From a bacterium (GTDB taxonomy: Bacteria; Zhuqueibacterota; Zhuqueibacteria; Oceanimicrobiales; Oceanimicrobiaceae): 34,827 nucleotides of DNA. The notes below the pieces were generated by a model. That model ran no database searches. It saw nothing but the letters and a program-made list of their open reading frames with translations, and had not been told where the DNA came from. How positions within the stretch are numbered: position 1 is the stretch's first letter; every line of letters starts with the position of its first letter. The DNA lies in NCBI GenBank assembly GCA_046757525.1, contig JBHHYI010000027.1, positions 1-34,827 on the forward strand, in the 5' to 3' direction. The translations under genes were made by a program, and so were the position numbers. Below, in pieces: positions 17,026 through 27,867 of the stretch.

Positions 17026-19215
17026 TTAATTGACGGATCCGGAATTGCTTATGACGTCCTGCAGCTTCTGTCTTAGCTCATCGACCCGGTACGGTTTGGC
17101 AACAAAATTCTGAAACCCATATTTTTCGTAATCCGCCATGATAGGGTCGTTGGAATATCCGCTTGAAACGATGCCCTTCACTTTGGGATCCACCTCCCTT
17201 AGCAACTGCATGGTTTCCCTGCCACCCATGCCGCCTGGAATGGTCAGGTCCAGAATTACGGCGTCAAACGGGTGGCCGTCCTGGCGAGCTCTCTTGTAGA
17301 GATCAATGGCTTCAAACCCGTTTTGTGCCAGTTCAACCTCGTAGCCTATGTGGCGCAATAATCTCTCGGTACTCTTTCTGATGGCTGGCTCATCGTCCAT
17401 AATCAAAACTTTGCCGTTGGCGGTTCTGAGGTCTTCGCTGTCAGCTTCAGGTAGTTGCTGCAAGGCGATTGTTTTTTGATCCGAAGCGGGCAGATAAATG
17501 CTGAAAATGGAGCCAATACCGAACTGAGATCCCACCGTGATCGCTCCCCCGTGGTTCTTAATGATGGAATAACAGGTGGCCAAACCCAGGCCACTTCCTT
17601 TTTGTTTGGTAGTGAAGTACGGATCAAAAATTTTGGGTATATGCTCTTTGGGAATGCCTACCCCTTGATCTTCGAAGGCAATCTTAACATACTTCCCGGC
17701 CTTGACCGGCAGACCGTGTTTGGTGTCCACCTCGACGTTTTGTGCGTACGCCTTGATAATGCCGCCATTTGGCATGGAATGATCCGCATTGATAATCAGG
17801 TTGTTTATCACCTGGCTCATTTGCCCTTCATCGATGTCGACTGGCCAGAGACGCTCATCGATGTGGAATTCGCACTTCACATTCGAGCCCCTGAAGTTGA
17901 ACTCTATAGTCTCTTTTAAGAATCCGGTGATCGAAGTCGTCTTCTTGATAGGTGCTCCTCCTTTGGAAAAAGTCAGCAACTGTTGCGTTAGATCTTTTGC
18001 TTGCAAACAAGCATGTTCCGCCTCGTTTAGCACAGAATAGTTTTCCTCTTCCGGATTCATATCCATTTTTGCAATAGCGATGTTACCCATGATTGCCGTG
18101 AGAATGTTGTTGAAATCGTGAGCGATTCCACCAGCAAGAATGCCGATGGATTCCAGCTTTTTGGACTTCAGCAGTTCATCTTCCATCATCTTGCGCTCCG
18201 TTATGTCGCGCGAAACAATCACGGCTCGCACTTCGCCTTCAGCCGTCATAAAGGTCTTGCCCGCACTATCAAACCAATGCCATTCACCATTCTTGTGGCG
18301 ATACCTGAAGACCATCTGGCCAGGCGTACGCATTTCCATGTGTTGGTTAAATTCTGCGATGACGAGCGCTCGATCTTCCGGATGCACCAATTCAAAAATA
18401 TCTCTGCCGATTAATTCTTCGGGGTCGTAACCAAGAACCTCTTTGTAGTTCGGGCTTAAGTACAGAAAATTCCTGTCTACCCCGGTTTCACAAATCAAGT
18501 CATAGGTGTTTTCAGTGATGGCCCGGTAGCGCTCCTCATTTTCTCGCAAAGCCTTTTGGGATCGCTTGCGGTGCGTGACGTCCAGGAGCATCCCATGAAT
18601 GGCTGGTTTGCCCTGGTAAGTTACGCGACTCCCGTAGGCTTCTAAATCGATGTGCTCGCCATCTTTTCGCAGCCCCTTGAACTCATAATGAACGGATTCG
18701 ATTTCACCCGCAATCCTCCTGCGAATGTTCTCCTTTACTAAGGCTCGGTCCTCGGGATCGATCAGGTCTAATACGGACTTGCCGACGAGTTCGCTCGGTT
18801 CACAGCCAGCCAGCTCTGCCATTCTTGGATTGACAAACTTGAACACACCATCCTGAACCAGATAAACCCCCACGATGGAGTTTTCAACAAGGCTCAAATA
18901 GTGCGCATCCAGTTGAGGTTGTAACGACCGAATCACTCGGTAGGCGCCGACCAAAAGCAGAATCATACCAATCGTTTGTATGCCGAATCCGGAGACTATG
19001 GCAAACACCGGGAAAAAACGTTGCACCCAGGCCTCGGGTAGAATCTCGCTGTGAAACAACGTGCCCCCGATGAGATTAAGCATGATAAAACCCAATCCCA
19101 CGCCCATAAGAAGAAAGCCTTTGACAGGACTTCTGTTGAGTCGGCGGGTAAAGCTAAGAAACAGAACTGTGGCAACAAAAAGGATAACTATCCTTATTAT
19201 CCAAAAGAGAATCAT
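17026..19215 (-). CDS. Membrane-bound PAS-PAS hybrid sensor histidine kinase/response regulator
   Basis: Three N-terminal TM helices, two PAS domains, LAGGIAHDFNN H-box, GSGLGL G-box, receiver domain (MDDE, DLTIPGGMGG, KPY). Confidence 0.93.
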   Translation of the reverse strand: MILFWIIRIVILFVATVLFLSFTRRLNRSPVKGFLLMGVGLGFIMLNLIGGTLFHSEILPEAWVQRFFPVFAIVSGFGIQTIGMILLLVGAYRVIRSLQPQLDAHYLSLVENSIVGVYLVQDGVFKFVNPRMAELAGCEPSELVGKSVLDLIDPEDRALVKENIRRRIAGEIESVHYEFKGLRKDGEHIDLEAYGSRVTYQGKPAIHGMLLDVTHRKRSQKALRENEERYRAITENTYDLICETGVDRNFLYLSPNYKEVLGYDPEELIGRDIFELVHPEDRALVIAEFNQHMEMRTPGQMVFRYRHKNGEWHWFDSAGKTFMTAEGEVRAVIVSRDITERKMMEDELLKSKKLESIGILAGGIAHDFNNILTAIMGNIAIAKMDMNPEEENYSVLNEAEHACLQAKDLTQQLLTFSKGGAPIKKTTSITGFLKETIEFNFRGSNVKCEFHIDERLWPVDIDEGQMSQVINNLIINADHSMPNGGIIKAYAQNVEVDTKHGLPVKAGKYVKIAFEDQGVGIPKEHIPKIFDPYFTTKQKGSGLGLATCYSIIKNHGGAITVGSQFGIGSIFSIYLPASDQKTIALQQLPEADSEDLRTANGKVLIMDDEPAIRKSTERLLRHIGYEVELAQNGFEAIDLYKRARQDGHPFDAVILDLTIPGGMGGRETMQLLREVDPKVKGIVSSGYSNDPIMADYEKYGFQNFVAKPYRVDELRQKLQDVISNSGSVN

Positions 19216-19348
19216 CTTGTACCTCGAACAACGCCCACATAATTAATTGAACTTTATGCCGGTTGAGATGGTCTAAAGAAATGACCGGAAAGAATTAGCT
19301 GAAACAGGGGAATGTTGTCGAACTCAAATGCCTGTTTAATCGTCTAAT

Positions 19349-19377
19349 ATGTTAACAAATAATTAATCCGTTGTCAA
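19349..19377 (-). promoter_or_regulatory. Putative sigma70 promoter for the hybrid kinase
   Basis: Minus strand TTGACA-17 nt-TAACAT in an AT-rich divergent intergenic region; same hexamers as 16857-16885. Confidence 0.55.
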
Positions 19378-19525
19378 CATATTTTTAAATAAATTAATTT
19401 TTCCCTTGGTGGCTGCAATGCTAACAAAATGTTAAAATAATTAAATAAAATTCATGTCATATTTGTTTGTAAATGGAAAGAAATGTTTTATATTAATTAA
19501 ACAGATTTGCAATTAAGGAGACAAG

Positions 19526-20107
19526 ATGAACGGCAAAATGCAGCACAAGTTCTTGTTGGTACTGTTAATTCTAACTTTTGTCGTGGCAGGCCCCGCTGCT
19601 GCCAAACCCAACCCACCTGGCAGTTTTGTCAAAAAGGCCGAGACATTTGGTATTCTGGCCAAACGAGGTCAACATTTGAGCTTTTTTCGCACTTCTCTGC
19701 TGCCCTACGCGTTCCAATGGAGCTTTGTTTTAACCGTCAATCGCGGATTGGGGGGCGACATTCGAAAATCGAACTTTAAGCGTTGGTTGAGGAATGTAAA
19801 GACTCTGCCCCAAATTCCAGACGGTGACCATTGGGTCACTAATTATGTCGGCCACCCATTGTTGGGTGCCAGCGTTTTCGCGTTTTACAAGCATCGTGGA
19901 TTTTCGAACAGACAAAGCATGATCGGTACTTTCTTACAAAGCACGCTGTTTGAATATACCGTAGAGGGCTGGAAAAAACCCCCGAGTGGTGTCGACTTGA
20001 TCGTGACGCCATTGCTGGGCAGCCTCATCGGTTCGAAAATCGGGATGAACTCTCTCCTCTTGTCCTCTTCTTATGCGATCAGCAAATATATTTTTAGACT
20101 TTTTTGA
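19526..20107 (+). CDS. Exported/membrane protein, DUF3943-like
   Basis: AAGGAG RBS; signal peptide; DGDHWVTNYVGHP...G, LFEYTVEG, PSGVDLIVTPLLG. Confidence 0.7.
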   Translation: MNGKMQHKFLLVLLILTFVVAGPAAAKPNPPGSFVKKAETFGILAKRGQHLSFFRTSLLPYAFQWSFVLTVNRGLGGDIRKSNFKRWLRNVKTLPQIPDGDHWVTNYVGHPLLGASVFAFYKHRGFSNRQSMIGTFLQSTLFEYTVEGWKKPPSGVDLIVTPLLGSLIGSKIGMNSLLLSSSYAISKYIFRLF

Positions 20108-20276
20108 ATCGATAGATTCCGGACAGCCCATGGTCCTGAAGGTCTAATCCGTTCTAATTTTTTGTGTTCCTGCCGTTGCAAGGCCATAAGCTATTTATGG
20201 CGTTGCATCTTACCGCGTTTTTGGTTATATTACAATTTATTAAAGGCTCGCCCTACTAATTTCGAGGAGGTATGTG

Positions 20277-20846
20277 ATGAAAACGATTCTCTTGGCCGGG
20301 GCCCTCTTTTTGTTCGCCTGTGGCACCAACACCAAGCAAGAAGGCAAAAACGAGAGCCCTGAAGTTCAGTCAGGATTAAGTGCCAAGAAGCTAACCTGGC
20401 AGGCCCCGCAAGGGTGGGTAACCGAGACGCCCACTTCTTCCATGCGTATGGCCCAGTACAGCTTGCCCCGCGTCGATGGCGATCCTGAGGATGCTTCTGT
20501 GGCAGTCTTCTATTTCCACGGTCAGGGCGGATCGGTGGAAGCCAATCTTCAGAGATGGTACGGCCAATTTGTCCAACCCGACGGCCGCTCTTCCCAGGTA
20601 GCTGCCGAGGTTTCAAAATCCACCGTCAACGACTTGCAACAGACAACGGTGGATATCTCAGGCACCTATCTATTTAGACTGACCCCCATGGCACCCACCA
20701 GCACAGAGAAACCGCATTTCCGAATGCTCGCCGCCGTAGTCGAAAGCAGTATGGGGCCTTATTTTGTCAAAATGGTAGGTCCGGAAAAAACCATCAAGAA
20801 CTGGCAGCAAAGCTTTTTTGAGTTTATGAAAACTTTTAAGGAATGA
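20277..20846 (+). CDS. Hypothetical lipoprotein
   Basis: GAGGAGG RBS; lipobox LFAC; GGSVEANLQRWYGQF. Confidence 0.8.
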   Translation: MKTILLAGALFLFACGTNTKQEGKNESPEVQSGLSAKKLTWQAPQGWVTETPTSSMRMAQYSLPRVDGDPEDASVAVFYFHGQGGSVEANLQRWYGQFVQPDGRSSQVAAEVSKSTVNDLQQTTVDISGTYLFRLTPMAPTSTEKPHFRMLAAVVESSMGPYFVKMVGPEKTIKNWQQSFFEFMKTFKE

Positions 20847-20907
20847 CGCGTAAATTGTAGTACCTGAAATCATCTGAATTAATTCATCTTAACCCTGGCT
20901 TTAAAAA

Positions 20908-23331
20908 ATGCTGCGGGAACAAAGCGTTAGGAATGTTGTTTTTGCGCTCTTAGGAATCGTCTTTATTCTAACCTATTTCGCTGTTCTCAGCAATTCCAGG
21001 CTGGTCAAACTTCTGCAGCCGCGACAACCCAGAGATGACGTCTTAGAAAAGGCTGAGCAGCTCTACCACAAATCAGCTCTTGCCCACTACCAACTAAAGC
21101 CCAAAACCACCTTGACCGTGGATGACGAATTGCTGCAATACGCGCAGCTTCGTGCGAACAGCGATAGCGCCCGCAACCGGCTAACCCTGGGGCAATGGGA
21201 AATTGCCTGGCAAGGCAAAACCAAGACCAAAAAAGGGGAACCGCAATCTGTCAGATTTGTGCTCACTTACGATCTAAACGGCAGACTCATCGGCCTGAAG
21301 CAAAGCGCACCTGAACTGATCAAGCTCCCCAATCTCAAGGAAGAGGAAGCCATCCTGAAGGCCAAGTCGTTCCTTGCTGCGTTTGCCGTGGACACCACAG
21401 CCCTGAAACTAACCAGGAAGCGAATCAACAAAGAAGACGACATACTCAACTATGAGTTCACCTTTGCTGCCCCCTTTTCCTTTGCACCCGATCTGAGCAA
21501 AACCATCGCCGTAGAAATCTCCGGTAAAGAAGTCACCTCTTTCAAGACCTCGATGTCTTTGCAAGAGGATGATTTTCTGACCTCAAAGGCTGAAAAAGTA
21601 GGAAAAATCGCTGCGACTTCCACCACAGTCATTGTCTGGATAGCCGCAGCTCTGTTTTTGGTTGTGTTGTTCTTTAAGCGCCTAAAACACGACGAATTGG
21701 AATTCAAGAGGGCGCTCTGGTTAGGTTTAACTGCATTCGTGCTCATGTGGGTCAACGTCGCCATTGCAAGCCGTTTCGAATGGCAAGGGGCACTCATCGG
21801 GGGTGGATTTGCCGGCCTGTTCACAGGCGGGGGCCTTCTGATCGTATATTCCGTTTCGGAATCTTTGGCACGAGATGTCTGGCCGGAAAAAATAGCTTCT
21901 CTGGATTTGATTTGCCGGGGCTATGTGCGCTTCAGGGAAGTGGGTGTAGCCATACTCAATTCATTCTCTGTGGCAGGCTCCATTCTGCTTTACTTTGCCA
22001 TTTTTATTTGGCTGAGCAGCCACTTTGACCTGGGCTACCTGGCGGTCAACAAAGATGATAGCTTATGGCTGTTCGATGATAAGTTGGCCATGGTAGCCAA
22101 TGTCAGCCAAAACTTGGTGACGGTGCTGTTTATCAGCTTGACACTGGTGGTGTTTGGCGCATCTTATTTGAGATCGAAGTTTCAAGATGCCAAAGCATTC
22201 GTAGCGGTTTTTGCGTTTTTGCTTGATTTTGCCGGGTTGCATTATATCTATCTTCGGCCGACCTATTTAGCCTTCTTTCTCGTTCTGCCCCTGGCGGCCT
22301 ATTCCGCTTACGTCATCTACAAATATGATTTTGTGACCACTTTTTTGGCCTTGTTGATTTTCTACACCTTGTTGGATTTGTCTTTGATCAGCCTGTTGCC
22401 CAGCGGATTTTCAAGCCTGCCAGGGGTCACAACCGGTGTGTTTATGGTTTTCATGTTTGCTGGAGGCATCTACCTCAACTTCAGCAAGAGCTCGTTGAAA
22501 GATTTTGAAGACTATGTTCCAGAGTATGTGAGTCGTATTGCAGAACGGGAACGGTTTCTGCAAGAATTGGAAATTGCTCGAAATGTGCAGATGAAATTCT
22601 TACCACAGTCGCTGCCAAACTTTCCCGAGTTAGAAATCGCCTCTATTTGCCGTCCCGCAATGGAGGTGGGCGGCGACTATTATGATTTCATCCGTGACGG
22701 CAACGCGTCCCTGAGCATCATTATTGGCGATGTGTCCGGCAAGGGTGTTTCGGCAGCATTTTATATGACCATGGCCAAAGGCATCATCAAAACGCTCTCG
22801 AAAACGATCAGAGCGCCCAAGAAGCTGTTGACTGAAATGAATGCGATCTTTTATGAAAATGCTCCCAGAGATGTCTTCATCAGCGTCATCTACGGCGTGT
22901 TTGACATGCAAAACAGAACGTTGACGTTTGCGCGCGCCGGGCACAATCCGTTGATTGTGCGGAAAAAAATCGTTGGTGAAGCCGAACTGCTGCAGCCCAA
23001 CGGTCTGGCCATTGGCCTGGAAAAAGGCCACATGTTCTCATCCACCATCCAGGAGGAAATCATTGCCATTGAAGCCGATGATGTGTTCGTATTTTTCACC
23101 GACGGCATCTCGGAGTCCATGAACAAAGATGGTGACGAATATGGCGAGGACAGATTGGGGCAGATCATCAGTCAAAACGCGCATTGCTCTGCCCAAGAAC
23201 TGGTGCAGAAGGTGACGGAGAATGTGAGCACCTTTGCGGGAACAACCCGCCAGCATGATGATTTCACCATGGTAGTCGTCAAAGTAGCCTCGGGGAACTC
23301 AACTCATGAAACGCACCCAATTAGCAGTTAA
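20908..23331 (+). CDS. Multi-pass membrane PP2C/SpoIIE (RsbU-like) Ser/Thr phosphatase
   Basis: ELEIARNVQ, EVGGDYYD, IGDVSGKG, RAGHNP, FTDGISE, HDDFT; extracytoplasmic domain plus many TM helices. Confidence 0.92.
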   Translation: MLREQSVRNVVFALLGIVFILTYFAVLSNSRLVKLLQPRQPRDDVLEKAEQLYHKSALAHYQLKPKTTLTVDDELLQYAQLRANSDSARNRLTLGQWEIAWQGKTKTKKGEPQSVRFVLTYDLNGRLIGLKQSAPELIKLPNLKEEEAILKAKSFLAAFAVDTTALKLTRKRINKEDDILNYEFTFAAPFSFAPDLSKTIAVEISGKEVTSFKTSMSLQEDDFLTSKAEKVGKIAATSTTVIVWIAAALFLVVLFFKRLKHDELEFKRALWLGLTAFVLMWVNVAIASRFEWQGALIGGGFAGLFTGGGLLIVYSVSESLARDVWPEKIASLDLICRGYVRFREVGVAILNSFSVAGSILLYFAIFIWLSSHFDLGYLAVNKDDSLWLFDDKLAMVANVSQNLVTVLFISLTLVVFGASYLRSKFQDAKAFVAVFAFLLDFAGLHYIYLRPTYLAFFLVLPLAAYSAYVIYKYDFVTTFLALLIFYTLLDLSLISLLPSGFSSLPGVTTGVFMVFMFAGGIYLNFSKSSLKDFEDYVPEYVSRIAERERFLQELEIARNVQMKFLPQSLPNFPELEIASICRPAMEVGGDYYDFIRDGNASLSIIIGDVSGKGVSAAFYMTMAKGIIKTLSKTIRAPKKLLTEMNAIFYENAPRDVFISVIYGVFDMQNRTLTFARAGHNPLIVRKKIVGEAELLQPNGLAIGLEKGHMFSSTIQEEIIAIEADDVFVFFTDGISESMNKDGDEYGEDRLGQIISQNAHCSAQELVQKVTENVSTFAGTTRQHDDFTMVVVKVASGNSTHETHPISS

Positions 23332-25164
23332 TTATCTGTCAATGAGCGAAGAACTTTGTTCCGCAGTACCTCTCCTGCTAAAAACCTGTTTTAGCGAAAA
23401 CAAGAAAACAACGGCAAAGATGGCCGACAACAAAAACGATCCCAACTTGAAGCTCAAGCCAAAAGTCGTCAGGGCACCGGCGCTGAAGCCGGCAATGCCC
23501 TCACCGCCCATGATGCCGGCCGCAATGAGCAGACCGGTTTGGTACCAGTGACTAAATTTTCGATCGACATAGACTCTGATTAGAGAACCCAGGGCAATGG
23601 GCAAAGCCAGTCCAAGGCCGAGAAAAAGGCCGATCCCGAAGGGCATGACCAGAACTTTGTTCTTGTATTTTTGTGGGAGAAGCGTGTTGCCCACCTCGGC
23701 CAAAAAGGCGAGGACGAAGCCAGCAAGAAATACCGCGGGAAACTCAAAGCCAAAGATGCTTCCAGCGACCAGTTGTGCCTGCGGCGCTGGCATGACCGCT
23801 GTAAACAGGGTATCGGCAAAACCCCTGCGAATGGATTCGAGCACGAAGGGGGCGGCAAAGCCCGCAACCAACACCGCAATCAGATCCACTTTCACCACAT
23901 CGAAGAATCTGGTGCCCACGATGGCGGCCGATTTGTAGTCGTGGCCGGCATCGCCTGCCACCGCGCAAGCCACGCTGACGAACGTGACCACGATGAAAGA
24001 AGCGAACATGCTTAATTCCAGGGAAGAAACTTTGTACACGTAAGCAATGATCAGTCCGACAAAAATCCCAAATTGCTCCAGCGGATTGATGTTGGTTTCA
24101 CCGGTCATGCGGGCTGCCACGGCCACCATAATCAACACGCCGAGGATGACCAAAGCAGCGGCAAGCAACGGCACGCCGGTGAGTAGGAGGCTGCCGACCC
24201 CCAGGATTGCGACCCAGGGGAAAAATTTCACGTGGCGCTGCCGTGATTTTAGAATGGGGCCAAAGATATTCTTGACTCGTGGAATGACGTAGATGACAAA
24301 AAATCCGATGCCAGACCCTAAAACCATGCCCATGCCCAGGTTCTGCACCACCCCTTTTGCCGCGTCAAAAGCCCAGTCTTGTTCAAGCCAGGACAGGTTC
24401 ACAACGCGCTTCAGGAACACCAATGGGAAGGCATCCAGGGCAACCCCGTTTTGCAGCAAAGGCATGAGCACCAGCCAGCCAGCCACCCCGCCAAAAAACC
24501 AGGAAAGGCTGGCGCGTGGCCCTAAAATGAAGCCGCTGCCAATGGCCAGCGGCATGGGCAGGAGGGTCAAATAGATGCCCAGGGCCGTGAGGGCGGCAAA
24601 AGTAAATCCCGCAGGCCAATAAACATCGCGCACCAGGGCGAAAATTGCGGCGGCGGCACCGATGCCCACGATGCCAAATAGTTGGCGGCCACCCGTCTTG
24701 CCCAGCTTCAAGAGTTCCGCCCCAGCCGTACCTGCCGGGTAAGGCAACTTCTCTTCGTCGATGAAGGTGTATTTGAGCGGCAAGGAGAGCAGAACGCCCA
24801 GAAGTCCGGCAAGACTCGTCAAGATGCCCAGCAGCCAGGGATTGGGCCACGCAATGTTGAGACCGCGGGTTTGATTTAAGTAAACGATGCCTGGGACCGT
24901 AAACACAATGCCCGCAGCAACCAGTCCGCCGATGCTTGCGCCAGCCTGAGCAACATTGATCTCATGGACATTTATTCGTTTTGTGCCATTCAGAAGCTTG
25001 ATGATCCCGCCCGAGACAATCACCGAGAAGACAATGGGCCAGGGCAGCGCGCCGAGCTTGATGGCGATGTAAGATGAGCTTGTGAGCAAGAATAACGAGA
25101 CGCCAACCGCAATAAGCGCGGCTCGCAACGTGAAACCCGAATTTTCCTGCGCGGACTCTGACAT
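23332..25164 (-). CDS. OPT/YSL-family oligopeptide transporter
   Basis: FTLRA, EINVAQ, LPYPAGTAGAE, GIMGGEG; highly hydrophobic. Confidence 0.85.
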   Translation of the reverse strand: MSESAQENSGFTLRAALIAVGVSLFLLTSSSYIAIKLGALPWPIVFSVIVSGGIIKLLNGTKRINVHEINVAQAGASIGGLVAAGIVFTVPGIVYLNQTRGLNIAWPNPWLLGILTSLAGLLGVLLSLPLKYTFIDEEKLPYPAGTAGAELLKLGKTGGRQLFGIVGIGAAAAIFALVRDVYWPAGFTFAALTALGIYLTLLPMPLAIGSGFILGPRASLSWFFGGVAGWLVLMPLLQNGVALDAFPLVFLKRVVNLSWLEQDWAFDAAKGVVQNLGMGMVLGSGIGFFVIYVIPRVKNIFGPILKSRQRHVKFFPWVAILGVGSLLLTGVPLLAAALVILGVLIMVAVAARMTGETNINPLEQFGIFVGLIIAYVYKVSSLELSMFASFIVVTFVSVACAVAGDAGHDYKSAAIVGTRFFDVVKVDLIAVLVAGFAAPFVLESIRRGFADTLFTAVMPAPQAQLVAGSIFGFEFPAVFLAGFVLAFLAEVGNTLLPQKYKNKVLVMPFGIGLFLGLGLALPIALGSLIRVYVDRKFSHWYQTGLLIAAGIMGGEGIAGFSAGALTTFGLSFKLGSFLLSAIFAVVFLFSLKQVFSRRGTAEQSSSLIDR

Positions 25165-25212
25165 AAGAATCGTGTCAAACAAGAATCTGATTCCCTGGCG
25201 TCGTGGAATCTC

Positions 25213-25686
25213 TCAAGGCAGAGAACAACTGGCCAGTCCCCGCTTTTCTAAGTACTGCTGGTGGTATTCTTCTGCACGATAGAATTGGGAGGCCGGGGCG
25301 ATCTCAGTAACAATGGGATTCTGGTAGGTGCCGCTGTTTTGCAGCTTTGCTTTGGAGGTAGCCGCGGCGGCTTTCTGTTCTTCGGTGTGATAAAAAATGA
25401 CCGATCTGTATTGGGTGCCGACGTCCGGTCCCTGGCAGTTGGGCGTCGTGGGGTCATGGCTTTGCCAAAAGACGTCTAACAACCCTTCGTAGGTCACTTT
25501 TTCCGGGTCGTATTCTACCTGCACAACCTCCGCATGCCCGGTCCTGCCCGTGCACACGTCCTGATAGGTGGGATTCTCCAGGTCGCCGCCCGCGTACCCC
25601 ACTGCGGTTTTAACAACGCCTTTTACCCTGCGAAAGGCGGCTTCTACGCCCCAGAAACAGCCGGCACCAAAGGTAGCCTTTTGCAT
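25213..25686 (-). CDS. msrA: Peptide methionine sulfoxide reductase A
   Basis: GCFWG active site, [21 protein letters not shown] 25686 after GAAGGAG. Confidence 0.97.
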   Translation of the reverse strand: MQKATFGAGCFWGVEAAFRRVKGVVKTAVGYAGGDLENPTYQDVCTGRTGHAEVVQVEYDPEKVTYEGLLDVFWQSHDPTTPNCQGPDVGTQYRSVIFYHTEEQKAAAATSKAKLQNSGTYQNPIVTEIAPASQFYRAEEYHQQYLEKRGLASCSLP

Positions 25687-25819
25687 TTTGTCGCTCCTTC
25701 GTTCTGTCTTGTGATTAGGTTCCTGGCATTGAGGAATTGATGTGATTAAACGCTGCTCGAGCGCATTCGGTTGCATGAAAAAGTCGGGGGTTCTGCAAGA
25801 GGTGACTTCTTGCAAAATG

Positions 25820-25862
25820 CAGAAGGGGACCTTTTTCAAAAAGGTCTCCTTCTTGCCAGCCT
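25820..25862. repeat. 43-bp palindromic repeat, copy 1
   Basis: CAGAAGGGGACCTTTTTCAAAAAGGTCTCCTTCTTGCCAGCCT; differs at 2 positions from 27885-27927. Confidence 0.85.
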
Positions 25863-25870
25863 CTTAAATG

Positions 25871-25926
25871 GTTGTTGTTGACAGCGGGACGGCCGGCCCT
25901 CCAGCCCCGTCCCGCTCAGCAACGAC
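25871..25926 (-). terminator. GC-rich hairpin downstream of the lipoprotein gene (possible terminator)
   Basis: AGCGGGACGG...CCGTCCCGCT stem with an extendable outer stem, shortly after the stop codon; no clear U tract. Confidence 0.45.
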
Positions 25927-25942
25927 GGCCTTAGCAAAGAAC

Positions 25943-26485
25943 TTACAGTTTGCTCATAACCTGCTGCGCCACTGCTCGGGCTTTTTCAAGGGCCAGGGCC
26001 TGGTCGCCGAATTCGGTCAATGAAATGTTCATCCGGTAGTGTTTTTTCCAGAATACCCAGAGCTGAAAGCTACCCGGACTGGACAGCGAAACCGCCAAAT
26101 CGCCAAGTCCTGAAACTTCATGAGGCGTGAACTTGACACCCGCATAATTCAAATTTTGGCTACCGAGAAAATCATTGACGGTCTTTGGATTGTCATACTT
26201 ACGGTAGTAATTCACCTGCAGACTCAGTGTCCTCAAGTAGGAACTCTGGGCGGCAACGCCGCAGCGGGATACAGCCATATCGGCATCGTGCTGCTGCAAC
26301 GTCGAATGTGGTTCCCCTACTGGCTCACCCAAGATAGATTCGGGATTGGCCGCAGCGAGCAAGCTGCAAGCGTCCAATTCAACGCTGCCTTTGTTTTCGT
26401 CTTGACTCGAACCACAGCCCACAAACCATAAGCTAAAAGTGCCGAGCAGAAACCACAAAACACGTTTCTTTGTTGTAAAATTCAT
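25943..26485 (-). CDS. Hypothetical lipoprotein
   Basis: GAGGAGG RBS; lipobox FVGC; DACSLL motif. Confidence 0.75.
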   Translation of the reverse strand: MNFTTKKRVLWFLLGTFSLWFVGCGSSQDENKGSVELDACSLLAAANPESILGEPVGEPHSTLQQHDADMAVSRCGVAAQSSYLRTLSLQVNYYRKYDNPKTVNDFLGSQNLNYAGVKFTPHEVSGLGDLAVSLSSPGSFQLWVFWKKHYRMNISLTEFGDQALALEKARAVAQQVMSKL

Positions 26486-26542
26486 GCTGTAATTCCTCCT
26501 CAATTTTATTAAAAACACAATTGTTGTTTGTAAGAGCTATCC

Positions 26543-27358
26543 TCATTTGAGTAGTAACATCCGCCTTGCACTGGTATGATCCCCAACCCGCATCTGGTAA
26601 TAATACACTCCGGACGGTAATAACAGACCTTTGTTGTCCCTTCCATCCCATGTGGCATGATAGGAGCCTTCTGGTTTAATACCGTCGACCAGGGTTCTCA
26701 CGGGCTGCCCCAGTGAATTATAAATGTCGATACGGACGCTTCCTTTTTGTTGCACATCATAGTCAATGGTGGTGCTGGGGTTGAATGGATTTGGGTAATT
26801 CTGCCCCAGGCTAAAGTTGCTTGGGGATCCAGTTTCATTTTGTTCAGGCACCGAGGTGACCGTTGGTGAAACCACAATACCGATGGCGCCAATGTCGATC
26901 CAGTCTGCGGTGTTGGCAAAATTGAGTCTCAAAGCAAGCGTAATTGCACCATTCACCACAGCCCCTCCTAAATGTGTTGAATAACAAGCCGGTCCGACCT
27001 CGGTGAGGTCGGTTGGGTCATCAAAGAGAACTAGAGAAACGTCAGGGGTTTTCATGGTAGTAAGTCGAATCTGTGAGATGAAACTTGCGGCACTGCTGAG
27101 TCTATAACAGACAATCACAGAGTCTATTACGACATTTGAAGGAATTGTCAACCCTAAATACACCCATTGGTTGTCTCCCGCGCTTGAAGTCTGTACACGT
27201 ACGCCCCTTGTGACTTGAGTTTTGTGGTTTATTGTGAGTTGCGACTGATCGGTTGACAACGTCAGCGGACTGTGCCAAATGGTGTACTGCGCCAGAGTTG
27301 GCTGTGCCGAGAAACCAACCAGGGAAAGGACGATACAGCTAAGAGCAAACCGTTTCAT
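26543..27358 (-). CDS. Secreted protein with FlgD-Ig/T9SS-type C-terminal sorting domain
   Basis: AAGGAGG RBS; signal peptide; LGQNYPNPFNPST...WDGRD...SGVYYY...RMLLLK. Confidence 0.88.
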   Translation of the reverse strand: MKRFALSCIVLSLVGFSAQPTLAQYTIWHSPLTLSTDQSQLTINHKTQVTRGVRVQTSSAGDNQWVYLGLTIPSNVVIDSVIVCYRLSSAASFISQIRLTTMKTPDVSLVLFDDPTDLTEVGPACYSTHLGGAVVNGAITLALRLNFANTADWIDIGAIGIVVSPTVTSVPEQNETGSPSNFSLGQNYPNPFNPSTTIDYDVQQKGSVRIDIYNSLGQPVRTLVDGIKPEGSYHATWDGRDNKGLLLPSGVYYYQMRVGDHTSARRMLLLK

Positions 27359-27729
27359 GTTGTTAGCCTCCTTCTTAGGTTTTGTTTATGGATGATATTT
27401 GTTCGTGACCAGGATTATCTGTGTTTCTGTGGCACCATGCCACATGTTGTTCACCAGGCCCGTAAAACGCCCAGAAGTTCACAGCACCGGCTAGCACTGC
27501 CTGGCTGGAGCTGTCTGAGCAGGCGCCAAAAATATGGGTTCATTCTGTATCAGCAGCAGAGTTATGGCTAATACGACGCTAAGGGTCTTGCAGAGATTTG
27601 CATGCCATTAGGCCCGTCCAAAACACCCACAATCCCCGTGCGCTTCGAAAGAGAAAAGAGGAGTAAGGCGGTTTAATGGGATGTATTTATCTTATTTAAG
27701 AAAAGTTTCGAAGAAAAGCAAGAACTATT

Positions 27730-27867
27730 GCAACTATTCAGCCTGTCATTCCCGAGTGCTTTCATCGGGAATCCATAAGTCATGCGACCTCCAGACTATT
27801 CTGAACATCAGCAAAACATAGATTCCTGCTTAGAACATGCAGGAATGACGACAGGCTGAATAGTTAC
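27730..27867. mobile_element. 138-bp MITE with 18-bp terminal inverted repeats and 8-bp target site duplication
   Basis: Left GCAACTATTCAGCCTGTC and right GACAGGCTGAATAGTTAC (17/18 match); flanking direct repeat GAACTATT at 27722-27729 and 27868-27875. Confidence 0.8.

Noticed and set aside
25687..25839. N-terminal extension of MsrA in the ORF track
   Set aside because: Runs through palindromic repeat DNA; a strong RBS precedes ATG 25686
27590..27607. Sigma54-like TGGCATGCAAAT on the minus strand
   Set aside because: The -12 GC is not at the required spacing
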